Origin: a candidate division FCPU426 bacterium
GTDB lineage: Bacteria; Oederibacteriota; Muellerivitia; Muellerivitales; Muellerivitaceae
Length of the DNA stretch: 64,000 nt
Direction of reading: 5' to 3'
Assembly: GCA_963771075.1 (NCBI GenBank)
Contig: CAVYSE010000011.1
Location: 416,001-480,000 of the forward strand
Translations under genes and position numbers: made by a program
Part shown: one piece after another, positions 50,498 through 59,273 of the stretch
Numbering within the stretch: the stretch's first letter is position 1
Layout of the letters: every line of letters begins with the position of its first letter
The notes under the pieces: generated by a model
Seen by the model: the letters and a program-made list of their open reading frames with translations, nothing else
Told to the model about the DNA's origin: nothing
Database searches by the model: none

Positions 50498-51235
50498 GTG
50501 AATTTCCGCTATTTGCTTTTGTTCGTCTGGCTTGCCCATCCTCTTTGGGCGGGCCCTCCCTTCGAGACCGATGATCCGGAGCCGACAGAGTTTGGCCATT
50601 GGGAGATCTACCTGGGCGTGACCGCCCAGCAAATCCAGGATGATTTCTCTGGCACCGCACCATTCCTGAATTTGAACTACGGGGGATTGCCAGACCTCCA
50701 ACTCAGCCTGACCACGCCTGTCGCCTTTAATTCCCCCGCCGGTTCCAGCCCCGCCTATGGCTATGGGGATACCCAGCTCAGCGTGAAATATCGTTTCCTC
50801 CATGAAACCGAGGGGATGCCCCAGGCCGCCCTGTTCCCCCAAGTTAACTTGCCCACAGGCGACGCCGGAAAGGGGTTGGGAGCCGGGCAATACCAGTTCT
50901 TGCTGCCCCTATGGTTCCAAAAAAGCTGGGGGCCCTGGTGCACCTTTGGGGGCGGGGGTTATTGGATCAATCCCGGGGTGGGGAACAAGAACTGGGTTTT
51001 CCTGGGATGGGCCCTTCAAAGGGACCTTTCGTCCTTCTTTACCCTAGGTGGGGAGGTCTTCTACCACGGCGCCAGTTTCGAGGGTCAAAGCGACAATCTG
51101 GGATTCAACCTGGGGGGAATTCTCAATTTTAACCCGGTGAACCACCTGGTCTTTTCGATAGGGCGTGACCTGGTGAACCCGGGAAACCTCCTGACCGGTT
51201 ATCTAGCCTGGCAATGGACCTTTCCCAAGGACTGA
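50498..51235 (+). CDS. Outer-membrane beta-barrel ('transporter'-type, GPPF.TDDPEP family)
   Basis: Signal peptide, GPPFETDDPEP, GYGDTQLSVKYRF, LPTGD...GLG, and terminal WQWTF. Confidence 0.75.
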   Translation: MNFRYLLLFVWLAHPLWAGPPFETDDPEPTEFGHWEIYLGVTAQQIQDDFSGTAPFLNLNYGGLPDLQLSLTTPVAFNSPAGSSPAYGYGDTQLSVKYRFLHETEGMPQAALFPQVNLPTGDAGKGLGAGQYQFLLPLWFQKSWGPWCTFGGGGYWINPGVGNKNWVFLGWALQRDLSSFFTLGGEVFYHGASFEGQSDNLGFNLGGILNFNPVNHLVFSIGRDLVNPGNLLTGYLAWQWTFPKD

Positions 51236-51431
51236 CCTGCCGTTATTTCAGCCATTCGGCTTTACTGGATAGGGGTTTCAGTGAAACCGTCCTTTTTCTT
51301 CTTAGCCCATACCTTCCCAGGCTCCGGTGCCGGATATTTTTCTTGTCTCTTTCCTGAATTTGTAGATAGCGGCCCAGAATTACCTTGGGGCGGTTAAGCT
51401 TGGCCAATATGGCTAGTAAGGCGAACCGTTT

Positions 51432-51642
51432 TCTCCCCCCTCTGAAAGAGGGGGGAGGGGGAAGTTAGTTTTTATCCTGATTTTTTGGGGGAAAAATTCC
51501 CCTGAAGGCCAATTTCAAAAAGACTAATACCCCCCTGGCCCCCCTTTTTCACCCCCATTTCTCCTTTTGGAAATAATAAATGAAAATGGGGACGTCCCCA
51601 TGCCGCATATCCTCTTTTAAAAGAGGCATGGGGAAGGGGGGA
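51432..51642. repeat. G/C-run palindromic intergenic element with a nested double hairpin
   Basis: CCCCCCTCT.AAAGAGGGGGG AGGGGG ... CCCCCT..CCCCCTTTTTC[insert]AAGGGGGG. Confidence 0.55.
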
Positions 51643-51795
51643 GTGTTATCTTCCATGGCGATAAGGATTATCTGCATATTCGTGAAAGAGACTATTTCTT
51701 TATTTCAGGCCTCTTTCCAGCCTCTTATAAAAAAACCTCCCGTCGGCTGAGTTGGTAGAATAGGCGTCAGGTTTATTCCATTCCTGGAGGCTCCC

Positions 51796-53148
51796 ATGGC
51801 CGCACCCCTGGTGGTGATCATCCTGGCGGCGGGCGAAGGCACCCGCATGATTTCCGATACTCCAAAGATTCTCCATGAGGTCGCGGGCTGGCCCATGATC
51901 GATTACGTCCTGGCGAACGCGCGGGCGGTGTCCTCGGACGCGGTTTACGCGGTGGTGGGGTCCCATTCCCAGGAAGTCACCAAGCACTTGGGAAAATCCG
52001 TGATTCCGATCCTGCAAAAGGAAAGGCTGGGCACGGGGCACGCGGTGATGTGCGCGGCTCCCAAATTGAAAAATTTTAAGGGGGATGTGCTGGTGTTGAG
52101 CGGGGACAATTGCATGGTGCGGGCCCAAACCCTGCTCGCCCTCCGCCAGTTTCACCGGTTGAAGGGCGGGGCCGCCACGCTCCTGACCGCTCGGGTGAAG
52201 GACCCTCACGGCTATGGACGGATCGTGCGGGGAGCCGAGGGGCAAGTGGAGCGAATCGTCGAGGAGAAAGACGCCAACGAGGACCAGCGGCGGATCAACG
52301 AAATCAACGCCGGGGTCTATTTTTTCCAGGCCCGCGAACTTTTGAGGGTCTTGAAGGAATTGAAACCCGACAACGCGAAGAAGGAATACTACCTCACGGA
52401 TACGATCCAGGCGATCCTTTCGGGAGGGGCCAAGGTCGAGGCCCTGATGGTGCCGGATCGCGCGGAGGTTTTGGGCATCAATGACCGCGCCCAGTTGTCC
52501 ATGGCCCACCGGATCCTCAACCTTCGCCGGGTGGAGGAACACCAGCGCCAGGGAGTGACCTTCCTGGGCCCGCAAACGGTCGAGCTGGGGCCGGATGTCA
52601 AGATCGGAAAGGATTCCGTCATCGAAGGGGACGTGACCCTGTCGGGAAGCACGGTCCTGGGCGAGGGCTGCCGGGTCGAGCGGGGAAGCGTCATCCATTC
52701 TTCCGTTCTTGGCAAGGGAGTGGTGGTCAAATCCTCCCGGATTATGGAAAGCAGGCTGGGCGACGGATGTGACGCGGGGCCTTTTGCCCATGTGCGGGGG
52801 GGAAGCGTTTTGGCCAAGGGCGTTCATGTGGGCACGAGCACCGAACTGAAGGGCGCCAAACTGGGCGAGGGCACCAAGGCGGGACATTTCTCCTATATCG
52901 GGGACGCGGTCCTGGGCAAGAATGTGAACGTGGGCGCGGGTTGCGTTTTCGCGAACTACGACGGCAGGAATAAGCACTCATGCAAGGTAGGGGACGGGGC
53001 ATTCCTGGGCAGTAACTCGACGCTGGTCGCTCCGGTGACCCTGGGCCCGGGCGCGGTCGTGGGGGCGGGGGCGGTGGTGACGAAAAACGTGCCGGCCAAG
53101 GCGGTGGTCGCCGGGGTTCCGGCGAGACCCATGACCCAGAAGAAATAA
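51796..53148 (+). CDS. glmU: Bifunctional UDP-GlcNAc pyrophosphorylase / acetyltransferase
   Basis: LAAGEGTRM.S..PK, LGTGHAV, GYGRIVR, EYYLTD, HFSYIGDA, NYDG, and hexapeptide repeats. Confidence 0.96.
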   Translation: MAAPLVVIILAAGEGTRMISDTPKILHEVAGWPMIDYVLANARAVSSDAVYAVVGSHSQEVTKHLGKSVIPILQKERLGTGHAVMCAAPKLKNFKGDVLVLSGDNCMVRAQTLLALRQFHRLKGGAATLLTARVKDPHGYGRIVRGAEGQVERIVEEKDANEDQRRINEINAGVYFFQARELLRVLKELKPDNAKKEYYLTDTIQAILSGGAKVEALMVPDRAEVLGINDRAQLSMAHRILNLRRVEEHQRQGVTFLGPQTVELGPDVKIGKDSVIEGDVTLSGSTVLGEGCRVERGSVIHSSVLGKGVVVKSSRIMESRLGDGCDAGPFAHVRGGSVLAKGVHVGTSTELKGAKLGEGTKAGHFSYIGDAVLGKNVNVGAGCVFANYDGRNKHSCKVGDGAFLGSNSTLVAPVTLGPGAVVGAGAVVTKNVPAKAVVAGVPARPMTQKK

Positions 53149-53337
53149 TTTCACCCGCCGCGAGGGCATCCATAGGTTCGGGCTTAAGCGCTGTTTTTTT
53201 GCTTCGCCTACCGCCCATTCCCCCAAAGGGCCCATGAATCGGCCTTTTTCCCTTTCTTTTTCACTTGGTTAATCGGCGCGTTTTTCTTAACATGACGCCT
53301 TCTCGGTTAACTCGATGTAAACCGTCAAGGAGATCGC

Positions 53338-54306
53338 ATGGCCAGGACATTGGGAACGAACGGCATCAAAATATTCACGGGGACGGCCAACCCCGAGCTG
53401 GCGAAAAACATCTCCGAGAACCTCAAGACCCCCCTGGGCGACATCCTGGTGAGCCGTTTTTCCGAGGGGGAGATCCGCATCAAGATCAACGAGGATGTCC
53501 GGGGCCGGGACGTGTTCATCCTCCAGCCCACCTGCCCGCCCGTCAATGACAACGTGGTGGAGCTGTTGATCATGCTGGACGCCTTCCGCCGGGCCAGCGC
53601 CCGGCGTATCACGGCGGTGCTGCCCTATTACGGCTACGCCCGGCAGGACCGCAAGGACCAGCCGCGAGTCCCCATCACCGCCAAGCTCATGGCCAATATC
53701 ATCACCGAGGCGGGAGCGGACCGGGTTCTGACCATGGACCTGCATGCCCAGCAGATCCAGGGGTTCTTCGACATCCCGGTGGACCATCTCTACGCTTTCC
53801 CGGTGATCGTCTCTTATATCCGGCAGAAGAAATTGAAGGACCTCACCATCGTTTCCCCCGACGTGGGCGGGATCAAAATGGCCCGGGCCTATGCCAAGGG
53901 CCTGGACGCCGAACTAGCCATTGTGGACAAGCGCCGCATGGGGCCAGATGAGGTAGAGGCCATGAACCTGATCGGGGACGTGCGGGGACGCACCGTCCTG
54001 ATTCCCGACGACATGATCGCCACCGCCGGATCCCTGGCGGAAGCCGTGAACGCCCTGATGAAATTCGGGGCCAAGGAGATCTACGCCTGCTGTACCCACG
54101 CGATCCTTTCGGGAAACGCCGTGGAAAAGATAGAAAATTCCGTCTTGAAAGAAGTGGTCATTACGGATACCATTCCCCTTCCTCCGGAGAAACGCATCGC
54201 CAAGATCAAGGTTCTTCCGGTGGCTCCCCTTTTGGGGGAGGCGATCCTGCGTATCCACAACGAAGAATCCATCAGTTCCTTGTTCGACGATCTGGGATCC
54301 AACTAA
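53338..54306 (+). CDS. prs: Ribose-phosphate pyrophosphokinase
   Basis: PYYGYARQDRK, DLHAQQIQGFF, VSPDVGG and DDMIATAGS motifs. Confidence 0.97.
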   Translation: MARTLGTNGIKIFTGTANPELAKNISENLKTPLGDILVSRFSEGEIRIKINEDVRGRDVFILQPTCPPVNDNVVELLIMLDAFRRASARRITAVLPYYGYARQDRKDQPRVPITAKLMANIITEAGADRVLTMDLHAQQIQGFFDIPVDHLYAFPVIVSYIRQKKLKDLTIVSPDVGGIKMARAYAKGLDAELAIVDKRRMGPDEVEAMNLIGDVRGRTVLIPDDMIATAGSLAEAVNALMKFGAKEIYACCTHAILSGNAVEKIENSVLKEVVITDTIPLPPEKRIAKIKVLPVAPLLGEAILRIHNEESISSLFDDLGSN

Positions 54307-54383
54307 ACCACACAATCAAAGAAACTTGCGATACGTAACCGCTGAGCACGCGCGGATACGCCCCAAGAAGGAGCCGAGTTGAA

Positions 54384-55109
54384 ATGAAACAGATACCGTT
54401 GGCCGCGAAAGTCCGTACCATCCGGGGGAGCAGCCGTTCGCGGCGGTTGCGCAACACCGGGTTCGTCCCCGCCGAGATCTACGGGCACAAAGAAACCAAC
54501 CAATCCGTCGAGGTGAACGAGAAGGAACTGACCAAGATCCTGCAGTCCACCCGCGGGGAGAACATCTTTTTCTCCATTAACGTGGATGGGGACAAGGGCG
54601 AGCCGGTTTTGGCCGTCATCAAGGAAATCCAATACCACAAGACCTCGAATTCGATCCTGCACGCCGACTTTCACAAGGTCAACATGGGCGAAAAGATCCG
54701 CATCAAGGTTCCCCTGCGCATCGTGAACGCGGAAATCTGCGCGGGCGTCAAGAACGCCGGGACACTGCAAGTCACCATGCGGACCCTGGAAGTCCAGTGC
54801 CTGCCCGCCCAGATCCCCGAACATATCGATGTGGACGTGGTCAACCTGGAGATCAACCAATCCCTGCACGTATCGGACCTGAAATTGCCCGAGGGCTTGA
54901 AGCCGATCCAAAGCCTGGGCAATGTGGTCGCCTCCGTGGCCGAACAGGTGGCAGAGGAAGTCAAACCCGTCGTCGCCGTTGCCGCCGATGGCACAGGCGC
55001 CGCGCCTGTCGCCGCCGCCGGCGAGCCGGAAGTCCTCACCGCCAAGAAGAAGGAAGAGGGCGAGGCCGAAGCCAAGCCTGGAGAAAAGAAAGCCGCCGAG
55101 AAAAAATAA
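54384..55109 (+). CDS. rplY: 50S ribosomal protein L25 / Ctc
   Basis: RRLR..G.VPA.IYG, HADF, CLP..IPE.I.VD and LHVSDL motifs; prs-rplY-pth order. Confidence 0.95.
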   Translation: MKQIPLAAKVRTIRGSSRSRRLRNTGFVPAEIYGHKETNQSVEVNEKELTKILQSTRGENIFFSINVDGDKGEPVLAVIKEIQYHKTSNSILHADFHKVNMGEKIRIKVPLRIVNAEICAGVKNAGTLQVTMRTLEVQCLPAQIPEHIDVDVVNLEINQSLHVSDLKLPEGLKPIQSLGNVVASVAEQVAEEVKPVVAVAADGTGAAPVAAAGEPEVLTAKKKEEGEAEAKPGEKKAAEKK

Positions 55110-55138
55110 GATTCTTTTGGAAGGTTGGGCCGTTCATG

Positions 55139-55175
55139 ACGAGGAAGGCGGGCGAAAGCCTCCTTCCTCGTTTTT
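55139..55175 (+). terminator. Intrinsic terminator after rplY
   Basis: ACGAGGAAGG...CCTTCCTCGT TTTT. Confidence 0.8.
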
Positions 55176-55197
55176 GTTTAAGGGAAAAATCGGATTA

Positions 55198-55293
55198 CCA
55201 CCAAGGCACAAAGACGCCAAGAACTACAAAGTTGTTTATGTTTAAAAACCCAAAATCTTGGTTTTCCTTGGCGACTTGGTGTCTTGGTGGTGA
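55198..55293. repeat. 8-mer tandem / inverted intergenic repeat
   Basis: CACCAAGG CACAAAGA CGCCAAGA ... CTTGGCGA CTTGGTGT CTTGGTGG. Confidence 0.75.
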
Positions 55294-55322
55294 AATAGTT
55301 GTTGTCGTTTGGGGGTAGCCTG

Positions 55323-55901
55323 ATGACAAAAGAAACCTGGATCGTGGCCGGGCTGGGCAACCCGGGAGAGAACTATCGATATACCCGCCATAACGTGGGT
55401 TTCCGCGTTGTGGAAGCCCTAGCCGTGAAGCATGACGCCCGCTTGAAAGAGAAGGGAAAGGCCATTCTGGGTTCCGTTTCCCTATTTGGTAAGGAAGTCG
55501 TCCTCTTTTTTCCCCAGACCTTCATGAATGAGTCGGGCCAGGCCCTGGGGCCTTACGTGCATTACCATCAAATTCCCTTCAACCGCGTGCTGGTCGTTTC
55601 CGACGATCTGGACCTGCCGGTAGGACAAACCCGGCTCAAGACATCGGGAGGTTCGGGCGGGCACCACGGCCTGGATTCGGTGATTTCCCACCTGGGTTCC
55701 AAGGATTTTTCGCGCCTTCGCATCGGGGTAGGCAAGCCCCCCTCGGCGGGACAGGGCCCGGACCACGTCCTTTCCGCCTTCAAGCCGGAAGAAAAACCAT
55801 TGATCGATGGGGCCATCGAAAGGGCGAGGGACGGGGTGGAATTGTTTTTGGAGAAGGGTCCGGACGCGGCCATGAGGGAAATGAATAAAGACGTCGTTTG
55901 A
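55323..55901 (+). CDS. pth: Peptidyl-tRNA hydrolase
   Basis: GLGNPG..Y..TRHNVGF, TFMNESG, DDLDLP, GGHHGL and RLRIGVG motifs. Confidence 0.96.
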   Translation: MTKETWIVAGLGNPGENYRYTRHNVGFRVVEALAVKHDARLKEKGKAILGSVSLFGKEVVLFFPQTFMNESGQALGPYVHYHQIPFNRVLVVSDDLDLPVGQTRLKTSGGSGGHHGLDSVISHLGSKDFSRLRIGVGKPPSAGQGPDHVLSAFKPEEKPLIDGAIERARDGVELFLEKGPDAAMREMNKDVV

Positions 55902-55919
55902 TCAAAGTCCAAAAACTAT

Positions 55920-57452
55920 TTATTTCAATTTAAACACATAACATAGAGGTACACCTTCGCGTTCCACCACGTGAACAACCTTGGAGGGGTCCGCCAACAT
56001 ATCCTTGCCGTCTCTTGTGGTCGAAAGGTAATAGTCCGCCTCCTTCAGGCTGTCGGTCCACTTCATCTGGCCGTTGAGATAGGGATAGACCTGATAGGGA
56101 TTCGCGCTTGAGTTGATTTGGTATATCTTCCGGGGGTCGGCCAATCCGTTCTTTTTGATCCATTCCACCGCTTCCTTGGTGCTTGCCCCCCAATAGTCGT
56201 TATCGAATTTCCCGACCGAACCCTTAAGACCGCCTGTGAGTTCGTTGAAATAAACATACTCATAGGGATGAAGACGGAACATGCCGACAGCGACCCATCC
56301 CAGGTTCAGGATGACCAGGCCGAAAAGAGCCGTCTTGAGTAAGCGCGGCGCGGGTTCGCGGACCCAGGAGGCCGCGGAAAGGGCGGCTAGGGCCGCCAAA
56401 ATGGGAATCAGGAAAAGGAAATGTCTCAAACCATCGTATAAAACAGGGTGAAAGAGGATGACTAGGCCGGCGTTCACTCCCAAGGCGCAGGCCAGAAGCA
56501 CGGCCAACTCATTATGGATGAACCGCCCTACGAACCGAAGGGAAGCAAGCAAGAGCAGGAGGATTCCCAACGGCAGCGTGATCGTGAGCCAAACCGGCAG
56601 GTAGGAAAGGGGCAGTTGGCTGGCCAGGACCTGTCGGCCCTCAAATAGGACCGGGTTGTTCCAGAAGAAGTTCTTCGAGATCTGGAGAGCTTCCAGCAGG
56701 TGCACGACATAGTTGCCACCCAGGTAAGGCCAAGTTGCCATCATCATGAAGTTGGAAACGACGAAGACCGACGCCAGTAGAAGTCCGGATTCCTTGAGGT
56801 GCCGGGACCAATGCTTCCAGAGCTGTTTGCCTCGGTGATGGAAAAGATGGAGATCGTAAAGAATAAAGACGGGATAAAGCGAAAAACCCAGGGTGCGGGT
56901 GCATTGGGCCAGACCGAAGAGAAACCCAAGTACCAGGGCCTGGTTGTAGAGGGGCCGAGCTGGCCGAAGAGAGAGGTAATAGTGGATACCGGCCAGGGCC
57001 AGGAAGAAAGCGATGGCAAAGGGCACATCCTTCGGATTGCCGGGGATATCCCCCGTGAAGCGGGGAGTGAGGAATAAAAAAACCGGGCCCAGGACGGAGA
57101 CCCAGGGCTTGCCAATGGAAGTCAGGAGCATCTCGTACAGGGCGATGAAAAGGGGAACAGCCAGCAGGAGATTCAGGAGGTGGTACAGGTCCAGCCCGCC
57201 AGTGGGGTTTAGCCACCCCACGACCATGCCGTAGAGGTGGTCGTAGATCACCAGACCGTCGTCGGGAACGCTTTTGACCAACAGGCCGGGGACGTCGTCG
57301 TGGATCAGGTGATGGCCCAGGGCCAGGCCCCGTACGTAAACGCTGGATTCGTCATAGGTGGCCCCAAAATCCATGAAGGTCGCGAAGGCCCAGCAGAGGT
57401 AGAAAAAGATGAAGAGGAATAGCGGGAAGCGACGGTGGAAGAATTCGGTCAT
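55920..57452 (-). CDS. GT-C membrane glycosyltransferase-like protein
   Basis: DFGATYDE, PRF.G....NPKD.PFA, YDGLRHFLF, HPYEYVYFNE and DYWG motifs. Confidence 0.75.
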   Translation of the reverse strand: MTEFFHRRFPLFLFIFFYLCWAFATFMDFGATYDESSVYVRGLALGHHLIHDDVPGLLVKSVPDDGLVIYDHLYGMVVGWLNPTGGLDLYHLLNLLLAVPLFIALYEMLLTSIGKPWVSVLGPVFLFLTPRFTGDIPGNPKDVPFAIAFFLALAGIHYYLSLRPARPLYNQALVLGFLFGLAQCTRTLGFSLYPVFILYDLHLFHHRGKQLWKHWSRHLKESGLLLASVFVVSNFMMMATWPYLGGNYVVHLLEALQISKNFFWNNPVLFEGRQVLASQLPLSYLPVWLTITLPLGILLLLLASLRFVGRFIHNELAVLLACALGVNAGLVILFHPVLYDGLRHFLFLIPILAALAALSAASWVREPAPRLLKTALFGLVILNLGWVAVGMFRLHPYEYVYFNELTGGLKGSVGKFDNDYWGASTKEAVEWIKKNGLADPRKIYQINSSANPYQVYPYLNGQMKWTDSLKEADYYLSTTRDGKDMLADPSKVVHVVEREGVPLCYVFKLK

Positions 57453-57495
57453 CTCGGATTTGCCCCCAAGTAATATGAACAAAAAAACAGTTGAA

Positions 57496-57597
57496 CCGCC
57501 AAGACACCAAGAAAAGCGAAGATTAAAGCTTCGAGCTTACAAACGTCAAAATCATTTGTTGTTCTTGGCGACTTGGCGTCTTGGCGTCTTGGCGGTG
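57496..57597. repeat. 8-mer tandem / inverted intergenic repeat
   Basis: CGCCAAGA CACCAAGA ... CTTGGCGA CTTGGCGT CTTGGCGT CTTGGCGG. Confidence 0.75.
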
Positions 57598-57614
57598 AAT
57601 GATCATGGTTTTGT

Positions 57615-59189
57615 TCACTTTAATCGATAATCATAGTTAAGGGTGACGCCTTCACGGGTCAGGCGGTAGAGATCCTTGAAGGGTAGGTTGATCTTTTCCC
57701 TGCCGTCCCGGCTGGTGGACAGGTAATAGTCCGCCAGGGTGATGTCATCGGTCCATTTCAGGTTGGGGGGGAAGTAGTAGAAGACCTGGTAAGGATTCCC
57801 GCTGGCATTGACCCAGTAGGTTTTCGCAGGGTCCCGGTCGGTTTCCTTGCGCACATGGGCGACTGCCTCCTTAAAGCTGGCTCCCCAGTAGTCGTTATCG
57901 AACTTTTCCACCGATCCGGGAAGCCCGCCTGCCAGTTCGTTGAAATAAACGTATTCATATGGGTGCAGACGGACGAGATGGACGACTACGACCGCCATAT
58001 TGAGGCATACCAGCCCGATGACGAGATAGTTGATCCTGGGTTTCGGCGGCTGGGACATCCAGTCGATGGCCGCCAGGGCGGCCAGAAGGACCATCAAGGG
58101 CAGAAAGAACAGGAAATGGCGGAGGCCGTCATAAAGAACAGGCTTCAAGGCCAGGTAGAGCCCGAAGTTGAGCAGAAGTGCGATAGCCCCCAGGACCCAG
58201 ACCTCGTTCTTCAGAAACCGGGTGGTCTTACGGAAGGAAAGGGCCAGTAAGAAAAGAATGAACAGGGGTGTGGTGATCCCGACCCAGACAGGCAAGTAGG
58301 TCCAGGGCAGGGCGGCGCTGTTGATCTCCTCACCCATGAAGAGGACGTTGTTCCTCCAGGTGAACCCCGATGCCATATGAAGAAGCCGCACCAGGTGGTT
58401 GAGGAAGTTGGAACCCAGGTAGGGCCAGGTCGCCATCATGAGGAAACAGGAGGTGATGAAGACCAGCATCAGCAGCTTGAGGTTTTCCCGTAGTCGGGTC
58501 AGCCAGGGCTCCCGGGTGGTTTTCCCTGAAAAGAAGAAAAAGTAGAACTCGAAGAGCAGGTAGACCCCGTAAAGGGTGAAGCCCAGCATGCGGCTGGCCT
58601 GGGTGAGGCCGAAAAGAACCCCTAACCCCAGGGCCTTGGCCAGGAGATGGGTTTGGGGACGGCGGTGGAGGAGGTAGATGCCGCCGAGAGCCAGAAAATA
58701 GAAGACCGCGAAGGGCATATCCTTGGGGTTGGCGGGGATATCCCCCATGAAACGGGGGCATAGGAATAGAAAAACCGGCCCCAGGAGGCTCAGCCAGGAT
58801 TGGTGGGTCTGGTGGAGGAGCAACTCATAAAGGACGATGAAGATCAGAAGGGCAAAGAGCATGTTTAGCCGATGGTCCGCTTCCACCGACTGGGAAGGGT
58901 TCAGCACGTTCAGGGCCACGCTATAAAGGTGGCCGTAGAATTCCTGGTCGTCATGGGGGTCGGGCATGACGAACCCCTGGAAGTCGTCATGGGTCAGATA
59001 ATGGCACATTCCCACTCCCCTCGCGTAAACCCCCGACTCGTCGAAGGTCATGCCGTAATCCGAGGAGGTGAGGAAGGCCCACAACAGATAGAAAATGACC
59101 CACAATAACAGTGGAAATCGCAGGCGTAGTGCGGGGGATAGGGAATTCAGGGTCTGCTCCCGGGCTTGGAATGGGTCAATTATAACCAT
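57615..59189 (-). CDS. GT-C membrane glycosyltransferase-like protein (tandem paralog; start uncertain)
   Basis: DYGMTFDE, NPKDMPFA, YDGLRHFLF, HPYEYVYFNE and DYWG motifs. Confidence 0.75.
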   Translation of the reverse strand: MVIIDPFQAREQTLNSLSPALRLRFPLLLWVIFYLLWAFLTSSDYGMTFDESGVYARGVGMCHYLTHDDFQGFVMPDPHDDQEFYGHLYSVALNVLNPSQSVEADHRLNMLFALLIFIVLYELLLHQTHQSWLSLLGPVFLFLCPRFMGDIPANPKDMPFAVFYFLALGGIYLLHRRPQTHLLAKALGLGVLFGLTQASRMLGFTLYGVYLLFEFYFFFFSGKTTREPWLTRLRENLKLLMLVFITSCFLMMATWPYLGSNFLNHLVRLLHMASGFTWRNNVLFMGEEINSAALPWTYLPVWVGITTPLFILFLLALSFRKTTRFLKNEVWVLGAIALLLNFGLYLALKPVLYDGLRHFLFFLPLMVLLAALAAIDWMSQPPKPRINYLVIGLVCLNMAVVVVHLVRLHPYEYVYFNELAGGLPGSVEKFDNDYWGASFKEAVAHVRKETDRDPAKTYWVNASGNPYQVFYYFPPNLKWTDDITLADYYLSTSRDGREKINLPFKDLYRLTREGVTLNYDYRLK

Positions 59190-59203
59190 GATTCGGTGGA
59201 AAC

Positions 59204-59234
59204 AAAAAAAGGCCCCGGGGTTTCCGGGACCTTT
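59204..59234 (-). terminator. Intrinsic terminator after the RND gene
   Basis: AAAGG.CCCGG...CCGGG.CCTTT with a U-run on the minus strand. Confidence 0.65.
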
Positions 59235-59273
59235 GGAAAAGCGTATCGACCGCCCAGGGAGAAGCTTAGGGGA

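Noticed and set aside
51700..52977. Long antisense ORFs (also 11850-13040, 18060-19130, 37739-38710, 48468-49400, 60976-61899)
   Set aside because: Shadow frames opposite well-supported genes in GC-rich DNA, with no recognisable motifs.
53149..53337. tRNA-Gln, often found upstream of prs
   Set aside because: No cloverleaf or T-loop (GTTCGAATC) context that I could fold into a tRNA.
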